Assembly: GCF_016432865.1 (NCBI RefSeq) | Contig: NC_067403.1 | Location: 253,952,001 to 254,016,000 of the forward strand | Length of the DNA stretch: 64,000 bases | Reading direction: 5' to 3' | Origin: Antechinus flavipes | Lineage: Eukaryota | Shown: one piece after another, positions 1-11,905 of the stretch | How the letters are laid out: the number at the start of each line of letters is the position of its first letter | How positions within the stretch are numbered: position 1 is the first letter of the stretch | Program-made: the position numbers and the translations under genes | The notes under the pieces: model-generated | What the model saw: the letters and a program-made list of their open reading frames with translations, nothing else | What the model was told of the DNA's origin: nothing | The model's database searches: none

Positions 1-16
1 GTGCGACACGCCTGCC

Positions 17-66
17 TATAAAGGAGCGCCGGGCGCAAGCGCAGTCCCTTTCCTGCCGGAGAGCCG
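17..66 (+). promoter_or_regulatory. TATA-like box, 5'-TOP-like start and short non-coding exon 1 of the SNORA57/CSKMT transcript
   Basis: TATAAAG at 17-23; pyrimidine tract CCCTTTCCT at 46-54, about 30 nt downstream; donor G|GTAAGT with GT at 67-68. TOP starts are typical of snoRNA host genes. The TSS is inferred. Confidence 0.6.
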
Positions 67-165
67 GTAAGTTCCCCCGCTTCCCCTCCTGCGGAGGGTG
101 CTATGGAGGGCGTCAGAGCGGGCTCGGGGCTTTCGGAGGCTCTGCCGTGTGCTTGTCCACGTCCC

Positions 166-315
166 GCCTCCATTTCTTGGCGGGGGCCGGGTGCTCGGTC
201 CCGGCCCCCGTTATGTACGGAGGCAGAGCAAGGGGACCCTGGTTCCCCCGGCGTCATGTCTTCGGTGCCGGCGGCTCCCCATCCGCCGGTTCTATCCTCA
301 CTCGCCGGGACATCG
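166..315 (+). ncRNA. SNORA57: Box H/ACA snoRNA SNORA57 (U99)
   Basis: Hairpin 1 (GCCTCC 166-171 with GGAGGC 219-224; upper stem CGGGGGCCGG with CCGGCCCCCG), H box AGAGCA 225-230, hairpin 2 (CCCGGCG 247-253 with CGCCGGG 303-309), ACA 310-312. The 5' pocket TTCTTGG / ATGT can pair around 18S rRNA GCAUU-U-G-CCAAGAA. It lies in intron 1 (67-404), the same position as in human. Confidence 0.88.
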
Positions 316-642
316 TCCTTTTTGCAGGGCTGAGAAAGGGCCACGGGATCCCGCCGATTGCCCCCCGCTTTTTTCGTTGCTCATCCGTTGTGCTTCTATT
401 TCAGGGCCTTGATCGTCGCCGCCACTGGACATGGAACGACCGGATCCCTTCTCTCGCCCCTTTTCTAACTCGTTCAATAAAGTCCACTCCCTGAGAACAG
501 TCTGGCTCTGACCTTTGCTCCTCATTCTTTCGGCGCAGGGGGAGGGGGAAGGGGAGCGGGGCGTGCAGTTTGGCTCCGTTGGCCGTCCCCTGTCCCACGC
601 GGGGCCTCCTTCCACCGAGACCTGACCCTGGAGACCTTCCCC

Positions 643-1457
643 ATGGCGCTACTGCACAGACTTCTCCAGGAGGTGACCAGGGCGAAGCGCTCCTGGGCCG
701 GTAGGGATTTGGGGGTAGGGAATGCGGGGGGGCCAGGGGGGGTGCCCAGTGCACACCCTTAACGACTGCCCTGTCCCGACCCTGTGCAGGCTCCCTGGCC
801 GGCAGCTGCCTGTCGGATCCCAGGCTCTGGGACCGGCTCCACGCCCAGGCGTTGCCCGGAAGGCCCCCTAACTTCGACTGGTTTTTTGGCTACGAAGAGG
901 TTCAGGGGCTTCTCTTGCCGCTGCTGCAGAAAGGGGCTCCCCAGGGGCCAGCGGTGGCCCCCCTCAGGGTGCTGGACGTGGGCTGTGGAACCTCGGATTT
1001 GTGCCCTGGACTCTACACCAAGTGCCCCCTGCCCTTGACCGTGCTAGGGGTGGACTTTTCTCCAGTGGCTGTGCACCGCATGAAGCGCTTGCTGGAAGGG
1101 CACGGAGACCACCCTGGGCTGCGCCCGGCGCACCCCGATTCCCAGCTGCGGTTCCTGCAGGCTGACGCCCGAGACCTGGGCTCTGTCTGCCCTTCTGGGT
1201 CCTTCCAACTGGTGCTAGACAAGGGCACCTGGGATGCTGTGGCCAGGGGTGGCCAAGAGGGGGCAGAGCAGCTGCTGTCCGAGTGTCTGCGGGTGCTTGC
1301 CCCCCAGGGCACCCTGGTGCAGTTCTCCGATGAGGACCCCGATGTCCGTTTGCCCTGCTTGGAGCGGGGAGCTGGCAGCAGACTGGTGAAAATACATGAA
1401 CTGGGGCCCTTCAAGGGGCTCACTTACTTTGCTTACTTGGTCCAGGCCGCTCAATAA
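643..1457 (+). CDS. CSKMT: Citrate synthase lysine N-methyltransferase, mitochondrial (METTL12), 241 aa
   Basis: Coding exons 643-700 and 790-1457 (GT-AG, phase 1). N-terminus MALLHRLLQEVTRAKRSWAGSLAG resembles a mitochondrial presequence. Seven-beta-strand methyltransferase motifs VLDVGCG, VLGVDFS, LDKGTWDAVARG, FSDEDPDVR match human METTL12. Confidence 0.95.
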
Positions 1458-1479
1458 AAGCAATCTTCCCCGTTTTATT
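1453..1479. terminator. Convergent poly(A) signals of CSKMT (+, 1453-1458) and LBHD1 (-, 1479-1474)
   Basis: AATAAA on + overlaps the CSKMT stop TAA (1455-1457). TTTATT at 1474-1479 is AATAAA on the - strand. Confidence 0.65.
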
Positions 1480-1485
1480 TGTGTG

Positions 1486-2423
<938 letters not shown>

Positions 2424-4176
2424 TGTAACAGGGTGAGCAGCCGCACTTGCTCCACTTATCTTCCCCGATGCTGGTGTCTGCTCTGTCCCCAGACCCTTTA
2501 TGGCCAGACTCCCACAGAAGGGGAGACTGATCTTGCCCCTGTAATCTCCTTTGGAAACTGGCCCCTTAATCGCATCTGAGGAAAGGAGGCTGACAAGCAG
2601 CAGGGAGATTATAAGAGTCCCCGAGGGGGGAGGAAAAATGGTGGAAGAGGTTTGGCCCTGGGAGGGGAAGAGAAAAAGCTGAAAGCTTTTTTTCCCTTTA
2701 CCCCCTCGAACACGTTGCTCAGGATCCTGCTTGTGAGACCTTTTACCACAAAATGGGCCAGCTCCTTGGGTCTTGTTCCACAGGGTATGGGGGGAGGGCC
2801 GGGATCTGAGGTCATGTTTTTATACTTAAGCCCAATCAGACCCTTGCAGAGACGAGATAGAGCTGCCCTAGACATGATTAGGCGGGAGGATTTGGCCAAA
2901 TCCCTCTACCTTTGTAAGCCAGTGTCCTTACACACAGACTGGTTGTGGGAATACTTCATACTTCACAGGGTGGCTCGGAGGCCAAATATCCCGCAAATTT
3001 ACAGAGCTGGAAGGACCTTAAGGACTACTCCAATCCGTTTAATTAGTAGACAAGAGAATCACAGGAACAGCCCCAAGCGGATCCCAGATCTGCCAATTCC
3101 CGTCCGGGGATATTTGGAATCATGTTTGACAGCTGAAAAAGGGCCTTGAGCGCAAACCGCTCCTTAGAAACCAGTCGGCTGCCTTCCGGGAGGCAACAAG
3201 GATTCGGGAGAACCAAAGCCACCATCCCCTCCTTGCAGACTCGGATAAAGTCCAGAATCCTGAACCCAGAGCCTGGAAAACAGCCGCGCTTTCCAGCCAG
3301 AGGCGACTCCTGAGCCCAAAGGAAGTTTTTACCACCGAATTATTCCAACATCAAAAATGGTTCTGTCAGTAGTTGGTGGGCCCTCCCTGTCCCTTGTTTC
3401 TCACCCACTAGAATAGGAGTTTTGAGAGCAAGAACTGGGACTTTCTATTTGTAACCACCACGATGCGGGGCTTTGCACCCACCAAGCGTTTAACAGCTTT
3501 TCCCCTAAAAGGCCTTTATACAGTCCTGTTTGCAAAGTGCTGCCGGCCCCTTCAGCCTCATTACAGCGCCGAGCCGCAGGTGCTATTGTTCCTCCCATTT
3601 CTAAGAGGAGACTTGGAGGGATGCGTGAGAATGGGAAAGTGCGGCACCTCCGGAGTGGGCGCGGACCACCGACGCGTGTTACTGGGCGCCCAAGCGCTTT
3701 ACACACATAATCTCCTCTCACAGCGCCCTACGTGGGCATCGGAGGGACGTCCGCATGACAGGCTGGATCCTCCCAGGCCTGACGAGTTTTTCAAGCGAAG
3801 CTAAGCGCATGTGCACGGCCGGCTCCGCGGGCGAGCGCTCTGCAGACCCCAGACCCGCAGGCACATCGGGGAGGATTCTGGGACCTCCGCTTGGGGGCGC
3901 CGTAGCCACGAGCACTTTTCCTGCTCGATCCCGCCCCAGCTCTGAGCAGTCGGAGGAGGAAGAGAAAAACTCTCTAATGCATTTCACCCCCTCCCGCTCC
4001 GCCCCCTTTAAAGTCCTCGACTTCCGGCCTCGCTCCATCCCGTCTCTATGGCCCCGCGTCGGCCTCTCTAGGCCGGTGTCCCCGCCCGCGGAGGACTGCG
4101 TTTCTCATCTCTATGGCGCGGCCTCTCTAAGCGGCCAAGGGGGCGGGGCTCCGTTCTTCGGTGGGCGGTCGACGAC

Positions 4177-4614
4177 ATGGGGTCGCTGCGCAAGGCGCTG
4201 AAGGTGGCGGTGGCGCTGGGCTCGGGCGGAGGCTTAGGACTCTTTCTCTTCTTGCTGGTGACTCCGGGGGAGCAGCGGACACGGGAGTTGCTCAAGGTGG
4301 GTCGTACGCCGCCCGGAGAGCATGGAGGAGGTGCGGCTGATTGCCCCGAGCGCACGGCCGGCCCTACCCTCCGGTAGCTTCCATTTGTCCTCGGGTGCTG
4401 GCTAGGAGAGGCGGCGGGGAGGGTTGGGGGAGGCCGCAGGGACCTGGCTCCCGGGCCCTGATCTGTCTCCCTCCTTGGTCCCGCGCAGGAAATCCCGGAG
4501 GGGACCAAGACTAAGATGCTGTTGCTGGACACGCTGCGGGAGGCCACCGAGACGCACGAGAACGTGGCCTGGAGGAAGGACTGGAACCGACGGGAGAGCG
4601 GCCGGGCGGCCTGA
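4177..4614 (+). CDS. UQCC3: Ubiquinol-cytochrome c reductase complex assembly factor 3 (C11orf83), 81 aa
   Basis: Exons 4177-4296 and 4489-4614. Hydrophobic segment followed by VTPGEQR, and LREATETHENVAWRKDW matching human LQEAATTQENVAWRKNW. AATAAA at 4753-4758. Confidence 0.93.
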
Positions 4615-5391
4615 CGCCTGCCCGGGCTCCCATCGGAACTCGGGATCCCTCCCCACCCCCACGCCGCGGGCCTCGCAAATCCCTGATAACCTGCGGGGCC
4701 CTAGGAGGCCGCTGCCTCCTCTCGTTCCCTAGTGCGTTATAAACTCTGGTTTAATAAACGGGACTCGTGGCTGAATGAAATAGCCATTTTATCCTCCCAC
4801 AACGGCCTCCGGCTGCCCTCCTCTTTGTCCAATCTGAAAATGAACGAGCCCCTTATCTCCACCTCCAGCCCGTGGCAAAGATGCCCCTGCCTGGCACTCA
4901 AGGCTCTGGTCCCGGCCTGGAAGTGTTTGTGGCTTGGGCCACATCATCTTCAGCATGGGGGTCATGTATTTGCATGCTGGAGGGGAAAGAAAGAAGGCTC
5001 CGGGACGTTCAGGTGATGGGACCTGTGCTTCCCTCCAAGTACTGGGGGAGGATACCTCCATGGTGGGCCCGGCCTTGGGTTGTAGAGGAGGGTCCTCTGC
5101 TACTGGGGGGTAGGATATGAAGGCCTCGGTGGCTTTTCCACCATCGTTGTAGGGCAGAGCTCAAGGGTCAGGCCCAAACTGCAGGGCTCTGCCATTTGAC
5201 CCTTCTCAACAGCCAAGTAAATGACAGCACCAGACCTCTGGGAGGCCTTAGCCCCCTCCTCCACCCTCCCCTACCTCAGGAAGGAGCCTGACACACATGA
5301 CTCAGGACGTGTTTATTAGGGAGGGATGTCAGTGCTCTGTCAGAGGTGGGGGGAGTTTTGAGGGGGAAAAGTAAGGAGGCTGGAGAGCCCT

Positions 5392-8294
5392 TCAGCTGGC
5401 ACACTTCTTGGCTACAATGAGGACAGCAGAAGGCACAAGTCCTGTAGGAAGAGAGGAAATTCAGCTCAGTTTCTGCTGCTTCCTAACAGCCCCCCTCCTA
5501 CTTCAGGCAGTCTCCACACCCACCACCTTGTTAGTCCCATACCCAGCTCCTGCAGTGGTCTCTCCATATCGGCTTCAGAAAAGGCCCGCCGGGGGAAGCC
5601 ACTGAGCAGCTGTACAGGGTCCTGCCCACCCCCCAGTTCCTCCCCTCGATGTAGCTCCACGTAGAGTCTCACTGCCGCCAGCTGCTCTCTGGCCTTGAAT
5701 GTCTGTGTCAGGGAGGTGCCGTCAGGCAGCCGAACCTGGAAGGACAGAGTCAGGTATCAGGGGAAAAGTGGGGTAAAGGCCTGATAACATCGCTAACAGT
5801 TCTATAGTGCTCATTAAGTGCTTTACAACTGACTGATTTGATCCTCAGGACCCCAGGAAGGGGATTCTATATGAGTCCCCTTTTTACAGTGAAAAAACTG
5901 AGGCAAACAAGTTAAGTGACTTGCCCAGCCGAGCCTTTCCATTCTGCCACTGGGCTGCCTCTGCTTGCTTAAGTAAAAATAGAAGACAAGAACATGAGGC
6001 TATTACTGGGAGCTAATTACAACCATGATAAGAAATTTTTATGAAGCACCTTTCTTTGATGGCGCCGGCTGCTGTACATATTTGTTAAAAAGGCCCATTC
6101 CCTGTTGTCTGGGAGTTTACAATACAGCAAGAGACACAAATCTTGAAGGATGTAAGAGACTGAACCCAGGAGGGCCAGGATGCTAAAATCATAAACAAGT
6201 AGTCAGCACGTGTCGCAGGACCACAAGCAGAAGTCATATTATGGGGATTTGGCGTTCATACAGGATAAGGGTCAGTCAGCTGATTTCATCAATAAGTTGT
6301 TAAAAGTCACGCTGGGAAAATAAGGATTTCATTTGGGAAGGAAGAATATAGATAGCCAAGGGGAGGGATCCCTGAATGTGGGACAGTGGGAGCAGCAGCA
6401 CCTCAACATGGCTCTTGATTTGGAGGAAAGCCCATAGCCTCCAAGGGACCATCACACCCCCATACCTGTATTCGGCACTGATCGTACTCTCGCTTGGTGG
6501 GAGGCTCCTGACTGGGAGAAGAAGGAACGGGGCCTGGCTCTGTTGCAGGGGAGGTCACTTGTGATCCAGTGCCACCAAACTAGGAGTCAAGAGAAAATAG
6601 CTAAGGAGCCGCCCTAAACCCCGTGGCCCCCTTCCACACTTATTCTCATGCCCCCCAGACACCATTTACCATCCTCTACAATGGAGATGTCCCGTGACTG
6701 ACCATACCCTGTATTTCCTAATTTGGTCCTGTGACTGACACCCACCTTCTTGGCTCTCTCTACTTTATCCCTCTCAATCTTCTCCCGGACTCGCTGTCTG
6801 GAAGGGAGTGCAAGAGATGGAGAATCTACGGTGAGTGACACCGGCCCCCCGCCAACCTTTCCTCCTGCCCTGCCCCCTCCCTAAGGCCTCCCACCTGGCT
6901 GCTGTCTCTTCGGCCTTCTCCCGCCTCCGCTCCTCGGCTGCCCGGCGCATCTCATCCTCCTGTAGCCGCTGCCGGGCGGCCGACAGCTCCTGGCCCTGCC
7001 GTCTACGCTGCCTCTCGCGCTCCACCGCCTCCCGCTGCTCTCTTTCTCCCCGTTCCTTTTGTTTCTGGGCTACCAACTCCAACATCCTGGATCAGAGACA
7101 GGGAATTCCTCAACAACGAGGAAGAGGAGGGTAATAACTGAAACTTGAAGGGGAACCCTTGGAAAAGAGAATGTGATGGTAATTCAGAAAAACAAAAAAA
7201 GTATCCGGCTATTTCTGATGCTTAGTAAGCAATTACTGTGTGCACAACATTGTTTCTTCTGGAAGAGATCAGAAGACATTTCGGATGCCTTCCCGGAGTG
7301 GGCTTCAGACAAGAGGGAGCAGAAGGGGCTTGGGCCACAAAGCAGCGGTTCGGTCGGGGGGTCCCTGAGAAAAGCTCCCCGTCCCGGGGAGAGGATCAAG
7401 ACCCAGGGCCCGGTACCTCTTGGTCTGCTCCCGCTTCTCCTCTTCACTCAGAGGTGGCTTCTCCTCCACCTGGGCTGACCCAGGCCCTGTGAAGAGGTAA
7501 CCCCAATCATGTCCCCGGTGCTGTGGCCGGGGGAATCCTCCCCAGTCCCCATCCCTTCCCTAATTGGAAGGTGCCACTCCTCCACCTATTCCTTTGGCTC
7601 TGACCTTCAGGGCTGCCTCCCCCATAGGACGGGGGTTCATGCCCCAAGGAGTGTCCCAGGGGGGAAGCTGGGGGCTCATCCACATCCGGGTCATCTTCAT
7701 GTTCCATCAACCTAGATGAGTGGGGCAACCCAGTGAGCCGGGAATCCTGCGCCTGCCCTACAACTCTTCTCTCCCAGGACCCCTCCCAGCCCCCAGCCCC
7801 CCAGTCTCCCCGTGATTCCCAAGCACCCAGCCGCGGGCCGCCCTCTGCTCTCACCAGTCCATCGCAGCCTCGATGCCCTGGTTCCCCGTGAGAGCCAGAG
7901 CCTTCTCCCTGGGGACAGAAACCAGGGGCGGGTTCAATGCACATAATACAGGCAGGACAGGCCATGGGGGAGGAGGGGCTCCCAAGTTTTGCACAGGGCG
8001 CCGGGGTCACCTCCACCTGGGACGCTGGCCTCGGAAGGCCTGGGCAGAGGGGCTTGGGGGCGAGTCCAGGGTCCGGGATGGGCGGCCCGCCCCTGAGGAC
8101 CCGAAAGGCAGGGTCTATACGGAGGGGGAGGGGCGGGGGAGGGGCATGGACACTCCTTGGGGACCCAAAGCTGGGGGAGGGGCGGAAAGAGCGGGGACGT
8201 TCCGCAAAGCTGGGGGCGGGGACGGGTTTCCTTACGCGCGCCCCCGCGGGAAGCCCATCTCGATGAGGCTCTCCAGAGCCGTCCGCTCCGCCAT
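5392..8294 (-). CDS. UBXN1: UBX domain-containing protein 1 (UBA, coiled coil, UBX)
   Basis: Coding exons 8294-8236, 7908-7855, 7711-7605, 7486-7417, 7086-6895, 6797-6746, 6579-6466, 5735-5543, 5441-5392, all GT-AG with consistent phase. [15 protein letters not shown]...SGFPRRAF...VAKKCAS*. Non-coding exon ends at 8742; poly(A) signal 5317-5312. Confidence 0.97.
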
Positions 8295-9166
8295 GGCGCC
8301 GCCTCCGCCTCCACCGGGACCTGGGGAGGAAGGCGGGGGCGGGGGCGGGGTCAGGGCGGCGGCCACGCGCACCTCCTCTCCTTTCCCGGAAGGGGGCGGA
8401 GCAAGGAGCGAGCCGCCCACGTGCCGCCTTGGCTCCTCCCCCTTACGCTTCTCCGCCAGGGCCTCGGGGCCGCGCGCGCATCCAGGAAGATAGGAGGCGG
8501 GGACAGAGTGCGCCCCACCTCCCCCGCCCAGCGCCAAGCTGACCTGCACGCGCCTCCGAGTCCATGGAGGAGGCGGGGCCAGCCCGCGCACCTCCTCTCC
8601 CTAAACCCCAGGCCACGGGCCCCGTCAGAGCACGCGCGCCTCCTCCCTTCCCCAACCTCAGGGCGCGAGCCCGCTGAGCTGTGCGCGCCTCCTCGAGCCT
8701 TCTCCCGCCTCCGCCCCGGCCTGCGGGCCACGCGCCCTCACCCTGACTCGGTGGCTCCGGACAAACTGGGCGCTGGTGGGGGCCGAGGGTGGTCCAGGAG
8801 TAAGCGTGAAGCTGGAGGAAGCTGAGGAAATCGGAAGTGCCGGTGTTTTTATCACGTGGGTGCTCTGGGACGGAGGCGGGGCGGTCTACGAGAGCTGCTG
8901 AGGGACAAGGCAGTGAGGCTACTTCGCTTTTTAAGGGCACGTGGTCGCGCTGCTGGGAGGGAGCGGAATTTCCTCTGGTTTCCTAGACAACGCTTTCCGC
9001 CTCTCTACTCCAGCGCGGGGAGTGACTCCCTTAGAGGTGGAAAAGCCGGGAGAGACCTTTCGATGAGCCACTCTCGCGCGCGACCGAGGAAGAAGCTACG
9101 GACACGGCTGAGGCCGCTTCCTCCTCCGTGTTCAGGAGCTCTCCAGTTCCCGTATCCGATCACGGT

Positions 9167-9201
9167 GTGACGTCATTCCGACCGCGCTGTGACGTCATTC
9201 C
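9167..9201. promoter_or_regulatory. Tandem CRE sites upstream of UBXN1
   Basis: TGACGTCA at 9168-9175 and 9190-9197, each within GTGACGTCATTCC. An ETS motif (CGGAAGTG, about 8832) and an E-box (CACGTG, about 8853) lie nearer the TSS. Confidence 0.6.
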
Positions 9202-9949
9202 TCCTGCTGTGCCGACCCAAACGCTGAGTCAGTCTAGGAATGTAAGCACCTACTGTGTGCAAGGCCCTGTGTTGGTGCTACAAAAAGGAAAAAAAGACAG
9301 TCCCTGCCCTCAGAGAGCTTACAGTCTAATGGTAAAGGCAATACGGAATTAAACATATATATAAAGCAAACTGTACAAGACAGTAAGAGGAGTTGAGTTA
9401 GTTTAAGGCATGGAGGAAGACTTCCTATAGGAGGTAGGATCGGGGTTGGGATTTAAAGGCAGCCAGGGAGGTCAGTGGTTGAGAATGTTCTTCGCTAGGA
9501 CCCTCAGTGGCCCAGTGCAATTCTAGCCCGCCCTTTTCAGCCCTTTGCCCCGTTGTCTCATCCAATCCTTGCCCTGCCTGGGCTCCTGCTCACCGGCGGG
9601 GCAACGAGGTGGGAGCAAACCCCCAAGTCATTCCCGCTGGATCCACTTACCTCAAGTGGACCCAGTCAGTCCATTTACGTGGCCCTGATTGGCTCTGAAT
9701 GCCCATCCACACCTTTTAGCCCTCCTCTAGTTTCCCTCCTCCCCACCTTGGGACAGCCTCTCCACCCTCTCCTCCTTCACCCATTTCAGTTGAGAACTGG
9801 CCCTTCAGCTTGCCAAGGCAGCCTCATTATGGGCACGAGTGGGCCCATTCTATCATCTTCTCCTTCATTATCTCCTTCTCTCTTGGCTGTTTCCCCCTTC
9901 CTGGCTTGAAGGTCTGTCTGCCCGTGTCAACTTTCCTCCCCTATCTCTT

Positions 9950-11500
9950 CCTGGCTAGTGCCTTCTTCCTTCTTAGTCTCTTCTGTTTTCTGAGTTCTTC
10001 AACTGAAATCTCCCTCCCCAAAGTGACCAGTGGGGTCTTCTTGCCAACTCCAAGAGCTCCCTTACCTCTTGTCCCTGAGCCTGCCCTTCCTGGTCCTCCT
10101 GCCCTTTTCATTCCTTTGGGCACACTCCCTCAGCATGATTAGCCCCAGCCCCACTCTGGGCTTTCCCCTTTTCCTGTCTTAGCTCATTTGGTGATCTCAT
10201 CAGCCCCCTGGAGTCAGTGGTCATCTCTTTATAGACAGGTTCTTAGATAAAGGTCTCATCTGAAATCTATAAGGTACAGCCAGCTTAAATCTTAAACTCA
10301 GCACATAACAATTGAAATCGGGGTCTTTCCTCCCAAACCTTTCCTGTTTTGTCCATCAGTGCCCGGGGTATCATCATCCCCCAAGCTCCCTTCCTAGACG
10401 TCATTTTATTTTTATTTTATAACTTTTTATTGACAGAACCCATGCCAGGGTAATTTTTTACAACGTTATCCCTTGCACTCGCTTCTGTTCCGATTTTTCC
10501 CCTCCCTCCCTCCTCCCCCTCCCCCAGATGGCAAGCAATCCTATACATGTTAAATAAGTTACAGTATATCCTAGATACAATATATGTGTGCAGAACCGAA
10601 CAGTTCTCTTGTTGCACAGGGAGAATTGGATTCAGAAGGTAAAAATAATCTGGGAAGAAAAACAAAAATGCAAGCAGTTTATATGCATTTCCCAGTGTTG
10701 TTTCTTTGGGTGTAGCTGCTTCTGTCCATCTTTGATCAATTAAAGCTCTCTTTATCGAAGAGATCCACTTCCATCAGAATACATCCTCAAACAGTATCAT
10801 TGTTGAGGTATATAATGATCTCCTGGTTCTGCTCATTTCACTTAGCATCAGTTCATGTAAGTCTCGCCAGTCCTCTCTGTATTCATCCTGCTGGTCATTC
10901 CTTACAGAACAATAATATTCCATAACGTTCATATACCACAATTTACTCAACCATTCTCCAATCATCCTTTCATTTTCCAGCTTCTAGCCTCTACAAACAG
11001 GGCTGCCACAAACATTTTGGCACATCCAGGTCCCTTTCCCTTCTTTAGTATCTCTTTGGGATATAAGCCCAGTAGAAACACTGCTGGATCAAAGGGTATG
11101 CACAATGTGATAACTTTTTGGGCATAATTCCAGATTTCTCTCCAGAATGGCTGGATTCGTTCACAACTCCACCAACAATGCATCAGTGTCCCCGTTTTCC
11201 CGCATCCCCTCCAACATTCATCATTATTTTTTCCTGTCATCTTAGCCAATCTGAGAGGTGTGTAGTGCTATCTCAGAGTTGCTAGATGTCATTCTCAACT
11301 CCTCAATCCTCACCTCCCGTATCCAATCAATTTCGGGGAAGCGTGGCTTCCACCTTCACACACCTTTCCTAAAGCCCCCCATGTCCTGTGACCCGGTTCC
11401 CACCCTGATCACCTCATGGCTGGATTATTGCCACGGTGATGGGAGGCTGCGCCCGCTTCAGTCCATCCTCCACTCAGCTGCCAAACTGAGGCGAATCTGA
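9950..11500 (+). mobile_element. Old L2 (LINE2) fragment interrupted by a younger L1
   Basis: L2-like pyrimidine-rich text on both sides of the L1 (ctcatcagcccc...catctc; tccaatcaatt...ctggattattgc...ccatcctccactcagctgcca). Boundaries approximate. Confidence 0.6.
10406..11281 (-). mobile_element. 5'-truncated marsupial L1 (ORF2 C-terminus, 3'UTR, A tail) with TSD
   Basis: ORF2 peptides CWRGCGKTGTLMHCWW and WLSKLWYMNVMEYY. T-rich tail at the left end. 12-bp TSD CTAGA(C/T)GTCATT at 10394-10405 and 11282-11293. Confidence 0.92.
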
Positions 11501-11540
11501 AGGGCGAGGCTGACCGTAACTCTCTCTATCTCTGTCTATT

Positions 11541-11541
<1 letters not shown>

Positions 11542-11572
<31 letters not shown>
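11542..11572. repeat. (CA)n microsatellite
   Basis: Uninterrupted CA run. Confidence 0.95.
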
Positions 11573-11575
<3 letters not shown>

Positions 11576-11654
11576 CCCATTCACTAAACTCACTCCCTCT
11601 CACCTCCAGAATGAAATCTGAAAGTCCCTATTTCTCTCTCAAAGCTCTCCACAA

Positions 11655-11905
11655 TATGACTCTCTTCAGCAATGAGCTGACGGTCCTGTTCCAATGATCC
11701 TGTGATGCAGAGAGCCGTCCACCCCCAGAGAGGCCTGTGGGAACTGAGTGTGGACCACAACATAACATTCTCACTCTTTTTGTGGTTGTTTGTACTTTAT
11801 TTTCTTTCTCATTTTTCCCTATTTGATTTTTTTTGTGCAGCAAAATAATTGCATAACTATATATGTGTATATTGGATTTAACATATTTCTACCATATTTA
11901 ACAGC
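11655..11905 (+). mobile_element. Marsupial L1 3'UTR fragment
   Basis: gactctcttcagcaatgag...ctgtgggaactgagtgtggaccacaacataacattctcact...gtgcagcaaaataattg resembles remembered marsupial L1 3'UTR sequence. Confidence 0.7.

Noticed and set aside
2652-3149. 165-aa ORF ending in RIPDLPIPVRGYL, superficially like a SOCS box
   Set aside because: Non-ATG start, and the 3' part is MIR-derived (agagctggaaggaccttaagg...). No convincing motif.
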